Of a DNA stretch of 64,000 bases, positions 1-7,394 are shown one piece after another. This stretch comes from Gracilinanus agilis. Taxonomy: Eukaryota. Made by a program: the position numbers and the translations under genes. A model generated the notes under the pieces. It did not search any database and was not told the origin of the DNA. It was given only the letters and a program-made list of their open reading frames with translations. How positions within the stretch are numbered: the stretch's first letter is position 1; each line of letters starts with the position of its first letter. The DNA lies in the NCBI RefSeq assembly GCF_016433145.1, contig NC_058134.1:197557804-197621803 (forward strand). The letters run 5' to 3'.

Positions 1-1164
1 GCTGCTTACACCCTTGGGCTCTTTCACTCCCTTTAAGGAAAAGCTGCACGGGCTGTCGTGGGACCCCAGGGTCAGGCCCAGGCCCAGGAGCCCACTTGTG
101 CCCCATTTCAACTTGGTGTCTACAACTTTAACCCTCTCAACGAAAAATCGAGCTGCCCTGCTGAGCATCTGCCCTGGAGCTCACTTCTATCTGCAAAATG
201 GGAAGAATGCTAATAACTGGGCTATCCCCTGTGATCTATCCTAAGGTACAACCTCCCTTCCAGGCCTTAACTAGGCTCCGAAGATGTGGCCCATCATTCC
301 AGGATAGGCCCCAGATCTCCTGGGATCTGGCTTTTAGTGTTTCCCATAGACTTCATTTAACCTGTATGAGTCTGAGAAGGTCAAGTTTTATCTCCAAATA
401 TCAGAGATCAGGAAATGGGCTCAGGGAAAGCATCACTTTGCAACTAGAATCCCCTTTGGACATGATCCAAAGGCCTCGGAGAATTGGGGTGCCCTGGGCC
501 TCTTCCCCATGAAGCCTGGGCCCCCACTGGGTATATTTGACTTCACTGGCTACAAAGAAAAATCTCTGACAAAACACAGGAGCAGGAGGCCACTGGTCAG
601 GCTCAGCAAAGCTTGGGCTGCTGGAGGCGAGGACAGCTCCAAAACCAAAACTGGAAACTGGTTAATGCTCGGGTCTCGACCCACCTCTTCCTCCTGGCGC
701 TGCCCTCTGCTGCCACTGTGAGGGTGACCCCCTCTCTGCCACTGAGCCTGATCCAAACACTTGGCACCCCCTGCTGGCGAACCAGAAGATAGATGTCTGG
801 TAGGCCTGTCCCAGTGTTCCCCACTGGGAGAAAGCTAAGATCCCAAATAGTGCTGGATTCCACTTAAGTAATAAAAATTTATTGAGAATTCCCAGGATAG
901 CTGCTATCTCCTCCTGGCCTTGGAGGGACACCAGCTAGAGAGGAAATCACTAAGAAATCACACAGTCCTTACACCCCAGACCCCCAGCAAAATATGGGGA
1001 GGGGGATGGGGAAAGGAACATCTGTCAGTCTTCATTTATCCAACGAGTTGGGGAGGGGTGGTGGGTGGTGAAGGAGAGAAAGTCACATGATGGTGGGGTG
1101 AGGGAGGTGGACCCGTCTCAGCCTTGTTGGAGACCAGCTTTCTCTGGAGACCAGGAGGTCGCCT

Positions 1165-1192
1165 CTACTTCTTGCCTTTAATGAGGCTGTCA
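1165..1192 (-). CDS. PHB2: PHB2 exon 10 coding part (S-DSLIKGKK-stop TAG)
   Basis: cag|TGACAGCCTCATTAAAGGCAAGAAGTAG on the minus strand. Confidence 0.95.
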
Positions 1193-4100
1193 CTGTGGAG
1201 AGGGGAGAGAGGGGTGACATGTAAAACGAAGGTGCCTCTGCACCCCTGTGCCCACGCTGGGCCTCCCCCCTACCCTGGCCTCTAGAGAACACTCGCCGTT
1301 TCCCCACCATTCCCACCATTCCCGGCCACAACTCACCTTCCCCTGGAGGCAGCATGTAGAGGCACAGACAGACAAAGAGAAAGACATAATTTAACATCTT
1401 TAGGCTTAACATCCTGCAGCCCGAGAACCTTCCTCTCCCAGAACAGACCGAGGGCTGCCAGGACTTGGGACCTGACCCCGGAGTGCTGGGTCCCAGCCCT
1501 CGCCCCTGCCCCCATCCCTTCTCCGAAAGCCACCAATCAGATTTTGCCTGGGAGAAGCCCACTAATGCCGGGTAGGCCAGAGCCTTCCCTCTGAAGCTGC
1601 CACGAGTGTTGCCTTGTAACCCCTCAGGCTGGCAGCACGATCCCCCCAGTGAGCCGACAAAGGTGAGTGTCTAGAACGGAGGAGGGCAGCCCGACGATGT
1701 GGGAGGGGAAGGTCGCTCACCGAGTGAAGCTTTCATCCTGCAAGTTCAGCACGAGGTTGTCGGCCGTGAGATAGATTCTGTTCTGAGATGTGGCGATCTG
1801 AAGCCAAGGCAGGACAGGTAAGCCCCCTGCCCTCGGCCCGGCCCGGCCCCCTTGCGCCCCCCACCCCCCACTTACAGTTTTGGAGATGTTTTGGGCTGCC
1901 CGGATCTTCCGAAGCTTGATGTAGCCGGGGTTCTTGCTCAGAGCTTCCCCGAGGTGGGCAGAGTTAAGGAGCCACAGACACAGACAGGCCTGACCTCACT
2001 GTCCACCCCCCGCTGGGGCTGTCAGATCTAGGGGTTTGCGCTCAACCACAGCCAATGCCTCTGCTTCCATCCTGACCCCACCTGTGGGCCCCTGCTGGGT
2101 AGAGCTGCCGGAGTCTAGAGGCAGCCACTGGAAACCCAGGGGCCTGAGCAATTCTGTGGGTCTGGCTTTACAGCAGGAGTCCAGGCCTCTGGCTCCCTAC
2201 CAAGATTCCAGACCTCTAAGAGTGTAAGCACCCCCCTCCCTGGGAGCCAGGAGCCAGAAGGCACGGAGGTCGCATTCGCCTTGGAGTCATCACCCAGCCA
2301 GCCAGAGGGGAGGAGGTTATCCCTCATTTTCCTATCGAGGGCAAGGATATCATTTTGGCGGCCTCTGCTTCGCCCTCAGCTTGTACAATCTTCTGTCGTT
2401 GCTCTTGCTTGGCCTTTTCCACCAGGAACTGTGCCCTCTGGGCCTCCTGCTGGGCTGTGGGAGTGGGATGCAGACAAGAGGCTCACTGGCCCTTCCTCCC
2501 AAGGCTGAGCTCCCCAGGCCGCCTCTCCCCCATGGCACTCACCTACTTGCTTGGCCTCCACAGCGGCCGTGTACTCTCTGCTGAAGCTCAGCTCTGTGAT
2601 GGCCACGTCGTCCAGAATGAGGCTGAAGTCCTTGGCCCGCTCTGTGAGTTCCCGACGGATCAACAAGGACACCTGGGGGAGGAGGCGAGACAACAGAGAT
2701 CAAAGGCAAGGCTGTTAACCTAAAATCCAGTTCGAGAGCAACTGAAAACCCATCCACTGCTCCTTCCCAAATGTCACTCTGGGTTCCTGCCTTGGTTCTG
2801 ACAGGTCTCTGGTCTCCCTGAGGCCTTGCTGGGGAAGGTGGAGCAGGCTTGTGTCTGGAGCTTCCATTTGTGGCTGTGAGCTGCCCTCCAGACTCCTAAT
2901 CTAGTCGCTGCTCTCCCCACTCCTTCCTACTTCTCCAAAGGGCTCAGAACTTCCCAAGCTACCTCTCTAAAAATGAAGAATCTGCCAACAGCTCTTCCCT
3001 AGCAAACTCCCGCTTATGTGCCAGGAGGCAGGAGCTTCCAAGTTCACTGATGCTGATGGCCTGAAGCAGGCAGAAGTGGAAGGGGTCAGACCTGGGCTCG
3101 CTGGGTGATAAGCTGTGAGGCGTTAAACTTGGCCACGACACTCTTGAGCACCTCATTCACGATAGAGGGCAATACTCGCTCCTCATAGTCCAGCCCTAGG
3201 CGCTGGTACATGCTGGGCAGCTCCAGGGCATTGGGGCGGGACAGCACCCGGAGAGAGATGTTTACCATCTGAAGATCTTGGCAGAAGAACAAGAGAAAGT
3301 GTCAGTCAGGATGGGGAGGCCTCCTCTCCTCAAACAGGTGGCCCCGAGTATCTTCTCTCATGTTCTCCATAGTGTCTAACAATGCTGGGAACATGAGGCA
3401 GGAAATGCGTTCCGGCTTGGCACCAGGTACTTCATAACCACCTGCTGAATCACACTTAACAGCTACCTGATCAAGTAAGAAAGGCAGAGACAGTCCCTCC
3501 TTCCCCTAAATGTACAGGAGACAGAACCCAGACCCGAGTCATTATAGAATGTGTAGACAAGTTCAGCTCTAGGGGCCACATAGGTAGCTACCTACCTAGG
3601 TGCCGAGGGAGCGTAACCCTTAGTGAAATGCAAGTGTCCCTGGTAGTGTGTTGGGAAAACTCATTCCTTCTACATATGCTGAGCATTTGAGACCCAGGTC
3701 TTTCATCCTCTTGAGACTTAGGCAGGAAGTAAGAGGGGTGCACAAATGCTAGGACTGCATACAAGGTTGCTCTGTGGTGCAATGGGGAATCTCAGCAGGC
3801 AGAAGTGGGGAAGGTAACTCCAAGCTGAAGGCTATCTCATAAAAGGCCAACGTTGGCTTGATTAAACTAAATCGATGGAGGGAATGGCTTAAGCAGTTCA
3901 AGTCTGGAAGCAGTAAGCACCTACTATGCATGGAAAATTAATGGAACTTTAGAATCTAGAGAAGATAGGAGCAAAGAGTGGAAGGTGGCATGGAAGAAGG
4001 TAGACAAACTTGGACTCAAGCGCTGGTCCAAATTTAGAAGCTTACTACTCATGACTTTAAGTTCTTGAGTTTCCTTACACATCAAAATGGGATAATACCT

Positions 4101-6761
4101 TGGAATTATTGTGAGAAAGTGCTTTACAAACTTAAAAAAAACAAACCAACCCTTTCTTCTATTTTAGAATGAATACTAAATATAGGTTCCAAAGCAGAAG
4201 ATGAGTAAGGGTAAGGCAACTGGGGTTAAGTGACTTGCCCAGGGTTCTCACAACTATGAGTTTGAACCCAGATTTGAACCCAGGTCCCTCTTGACTCCAG
4301 AATTGGTGCTCTATCCACTGAGTTACCTAGCCACCCCTTTTGCAAAATTTAAAATACTATACAATGCGAGTGATGATTTCCTGAAGAAGCTGGCCTTTGA
4401 ATGAATTGGACTTGAATGGAAAAGGGAGAGGGGGAAAACACTGCTGACTTGGGGTTTACTCTATGTAAATGGAAAATTCCAGGATATATTCAGAATATTT
4501 GGGTATGAAAAGGGTGGACAATTATTCAGCAAAAAAAAAAGGCTAACATTTATATTGTTTGCAAAGAATTTTAACGTTTAATCATCTGACCCTCAAAACA
4601 ACCTTGTAAAGTAGAAGCTACTTTCATCTTATGGATGAAGAAACTAACTGGTCTAGGGTCACTCAGCTAGTTAGGTGTCTCAGAAATTATTCAAATCTAA
4701 ATCAGTTTAGGTCCAGTATTATTTCCACAGTGCCATGCTACCTTCTTAGGAGGTACCTGTGACCATTAAGGAAAAGAATGGCATTACTAGATCTAAGTCA
4801 CAGGAAAATTATTCTGGTAGCAATCCAGAAGATCCCTTTGGGAAGAAGAGTAAAGGCAGGAAGGCTTGTTTGGAGACCATCAGACTAGGAAGGCCCAGGA
4901 TCAGAAGATCTCTAAATGCCATGAAATGAGAATACAATAGAAAGAAGCAAGAGATCACCTAGAAATGGAATTTGTTGGATTTAATAATTAACTTGATTTG
5001 AAGGAGTCCTGTAGGTGATTTGAGCTTTGTCTAGAGCTCAGTGAAGAACAAATGGGTACATGAAGGGGAGCAGTATGAGATATAGCAAAGTACTGGCCTG
5101 GGAGTCAGAAAGACCTGGATCTTACTTGAGTTTCTGCAAAACGAGGAGGTTGTACTAGATAATTTCTAAAGGACCTTTAGATGAATGTGGATATACCCAC
5201 CCACTTTAGGCTTAAGAGTATAAAGTTTATTGGGGCAGACAACTAGGAGTCAATAAAGGTTTCTGTGAAGAGAAGCACTGTTACCAACAGCCTCTGAAAG
5301 AAGGGAAAACTGGAAACAGGTAAGACTACTTAATCAGTCTACTTCTAAATTTGTTATGAAAACAAAACAAAACAAAAAAACAATCCAGGTGAGAGGTGCT
5401 GATGTCCTTATGGAACAGAAAGACCCTGAGGCTTGTTTTAGCTATTAACAATAAGTGTGGCTACAGTGGAGATGGCAGCTGGGGGTTGGGTAATTGATGG
5501 AAGAAACAAAGTAGGTGCTACATTGTTTATATATGATGCCAAGAGGCCTCCCACCTTCATATCCAAAATGTAGAAACCACCTGTGTCTCTCCTATACAAG
5601 TCTTGTACTTGAACCTCCTTTGGTCCCACCTCCTTCCCCTCCCTGCCTCCGGGTGCTTAGACCCACCTTTGGAGCCTGTGGGAGAAGAGATCTTGCGGGG
5701 CCGGGCACGAATGTCATAGATGATGGGGTACTGGAACCAGGGGATCCTGGGGGTGAGGAGGGACGGGAAGAAGCTAGGTCATGGAGGGTCCTGTCATCCC
5801 TCACCCATTCTAGCCACCTGAATCCCATTCATCTTTTCCCCTCAAGCCACAGGAAGGAAGGAGTTTGAACACATCTCTCCATTACTCCTGCACAGCCCTT
5901 TCACAGACATTTTAAAAATCCCTCAGCCCCCCCCCAAATATGCACTTAAAAAAGATCGAATGGGAAAATCCTGGGGGACCCCTTGGCTATACCCATTAGA
6001 CAGTGCAGATCCTGAAGTAAGAAGTCTTGTATGTTCCTTTTTGGGGGATGGGGCACAGGTAGAAAGGAGAGAGAAAAATATGAATGCAGGTGGTTTTGTG
6101 CTCATGGTTAGGAACAAAATCTAGGCAGCATCCTACTGCATTTTTAGATTCCTGTCCCCACTATTTACCTGAAGTGTAGTCCTTCTGCAAGGATGGTGTC
6201 CTGTTGCACGCCCCCAATTCGGTTAAAGAAAATGGCTCTTTGCCCACCTTCCACTACAGGGGGAAGGAGAGGATTGAAAGGCATCAATAAAGAAAGGCCA
6301 AAGGCAGCCAGTCAGTGGTAGGGATTTAGGATGGGGGGAGGAGAGGGAAAGTAAGGAGAGTGTGTGGCTGCGAGCTGGTTGACAGTGAGATCCCGGCCTG
6401 GAGAAAGGGGGGTGGGAAAGAGACGGCTTTGCCTGTATTCCGGACTATGGGACTGGGGTCAGACAAACATGTGGGTATGTTGGAGGCCTTGGGCACGTGG
6501 GTAGGAGAGGGGGTGCAGGGGCTCAAGGGCGGGTCAAAGTTCGCAGGCTGTGGGTCAAGGCCACCAAGGGGGCGGGGTGGGGCAAACGTCCACGTGGAGG
6601 CCCGGACCCCTTCCCCCTCCCCCCTAGCTCTCACCGGTGAACACAGACTCTCGGACTCCGTAGGCCACGGCCCCAGCCCCGAGCAGCAGCTTCAGCGCTG
6701 TGCCCATGCCTCGGGGCCCAGCAGGCAGCCGCCCGGCGAAGTCCTTCAGGTTCTGGGTCAT
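1165..6761 (-). CDS. PHB2: Prohibitin-2, complete spliced CDS (10 exons, 900 nt, 299 aa)
   Basis: join(complement): 6635-6761, 6169-6253, 5667-5746, 3092-3276, 2543-2672, 2351-2454, 1876-1953, 1721-1797, 1337-1342, 1165-1192. Sum is 900 nt; translation [26 protein letters not shown]...[11 protein letters not shown] matches mammalian PHB2; all junctions are GT-AG except intron 6 (AT-AC). Confidence 0.98.
1337..1342 (-). CDS. PHB2: PHB2 exon 9, 6-nt microexon GGGAAG
   Basis: ctccag|GGGAAG|gtgagt; required to give the C-terminal R-G-S-D sequence. Confidence 0.9.
1721..1797 (-). CDS. PHB2: PHB2 exon 8 ([25 protein letters not shown])
   Basis: 77 nt, cag|ATCGCC...ACTCG|gtgag. Confidence 0.96.
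1876..1953 (-). CDS. PHB2: PHB2 exon 7 ([26 protein letters not shown])
   Basis: 78 nt, preceded by an AC acceptor (U12 type), donor gtaag. Confidence 0.96.
1954..2350 (-). other. U12-type AT-AC intron (PHB2 intron 6)
   Basis: 5' splice site ATATCCTT (2350-2343), branch site TCCTTAAC (1970-1963), terminal AC (1955-1954). Confidence 0.95.
2017..2299 (-). ncRNA. SCARNA12: Small Cajal body RNA 12 (U89), composite box C/D-H/ACA
   Basis: Terminal stem GGCTG/CAGCC; box C GTGATGA (2293-2287); box D CTGA (2025-2022); box H ACAGAA (2157-2152); ACA (2085-2083); pseudouridylation pocket AATCTT/GTAAA matching U5 loop 1 and lying 14 nt from box H; PHB2 is the known host gene. Confidence 0.92.
2351..2454 (-). 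CDS. PHB2: PHB2 exon 6 ([35 protein letters not shown])
   Basis: 104 nt, cag|CCCAG...AAAATG|atatcc. Confidence 0.96.
2543..2672 (-). CDS. PHB2: PHB2 exon 5 ([43 protein letters not shown])
   Basis: 130 nt, contained in ORF 2376-2693; cag|GTG and G|gtgag junctions. Confidence 0.97.
3092..3276 (-). CDS. PHB2: PHB2 exon 4 ([16 protein letters not shown]...LITQRAQ), SPFH domain
   Basis: 185 nt, contained in ORF 3086-3292; ccaag|ATC acceptor, CAG|gtctga donor. Confidence 0.97.
5667..5746 (-). CDS. PHB2: PHB2 exon 3 ([26 protein letters not shown])
   Basis: 80 nt, cag|GATCCC...CCAAAG|gtggg. Confidence 0.96.
6169..6253 (-). CDS. PHB2: PHB2 exon 2 ([29 protein letters not shown])
   Basis: 85 nt, tag|TGGAAG...TTCAG|gtaaa. 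Confidence 0.96.
6635..6761 (-). CDS. PHB2: PHB2 exon 1 coding part ([18 protein letters not shown]...ESVFT)
   Basis: ATG at 6761, 127 nt, ACCG|gtgag donor. Confidence 0.96.
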
Positions 6762-7226
6762 GTCTGCTCCCTGACGCCGCAGCGGGGAACTAGGCCGGGG
6801 ATGCCTCCCGCTTCTCCCCTTGCCCTTCTGCAGACCCCGGCCCTAGCCGGTGCAGCCTCTCCCGGGGTCCGCACCTCTCCACGAGGCTCCGCTACTTGCC
6901 TAACTCCTCCCAGGAGAAAGGGCACCGGAAGAGCGCTCACTCCTAAACTTTCCCCTATTTCCGGAGAGGACACGAACTTCGGGTACCGCCTCCACGTGAT
7001 CGGAAGTTGCCTTCTACACCGTTCTCCCTCCACTGGCCCAGTTTTCCGGGCGGGCGTCTCAGACCTGTCATCGAATCAATAACATCCTCTTGGTTCACGT
7101 GCTTTCTTAAAGGCCGGAAACCGGAAGTCATGGAGTCAGGGCGGAAGTTGCCATCCCCGCGCCTGTTTCTGGAAGAGGATCCGGGATAAGGGTTGCACCA
7201 TTTCCAAAGCCATGCCCGGTTGTAAG
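6762..7226. promoter_or_regulatory. Bidirectional CpG-island promoter shared by PHB2 and EMG1
   Basis: 465 bp between divergent ATGs; CpG-rich; ETS/GABP CGGAAG motifs (near 6925, 7001, 7121, 7142); E-boxes CACGTG (6993-6998, 7096-7101); YY1-type AAGATGGCGGC over the EMG1 start. Confidence 0.85.
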
Positions 7227-7394
7227 ATGGCGGCGCCCGGTGATGGTTTCCAGACACGTGAACGGCACATTCGGGAGCCAGAGCGGGACTGGGAGGCAGT
7301 AGAGCCCAAGCGGCCCCGCCTCGGAGTGGGGAGCAAAAGCGGGGGCCGGCGGCTCGTGGTGGTGCTGGAAGGGGCCAGCCTGGAGACCGTCAAG
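7227..7394 (+). CDS. EMG1: EMG1 exon 1 coding part (MAAPGDG...EGASLETVK)
   Basis: 168 nt, AAG|gtagcg donor. Confidence 0.95.

Noticed and set aside
1-860. miR-200c/miR-141 hairpins expected from synteny
   Set aside because: Neither mature sequence (TAATACTGCCGGGTAATGATGG, TAACACTGTCTGGTAAAGATGG) is present; they presumably lie upstream of the window.
2036-2042. GCGCAAA in SCARNA12, complementary to U4 nt 4-10
   Set aside because: Only 7 bp and 9 nt from box D, so it violates the fifth-nucleotide rule; U4 Cm8 already has a known guide.
6360-7082. 240-aa + strand ORF and other long ORFs over the PHB2/EMG1 CpG island (for example 7128-7643 on -)
   Set aside because: GC-rich, stop-poor sequence antisense to real exons; low-complexity G/P/A/R translation with no recognisable domain.
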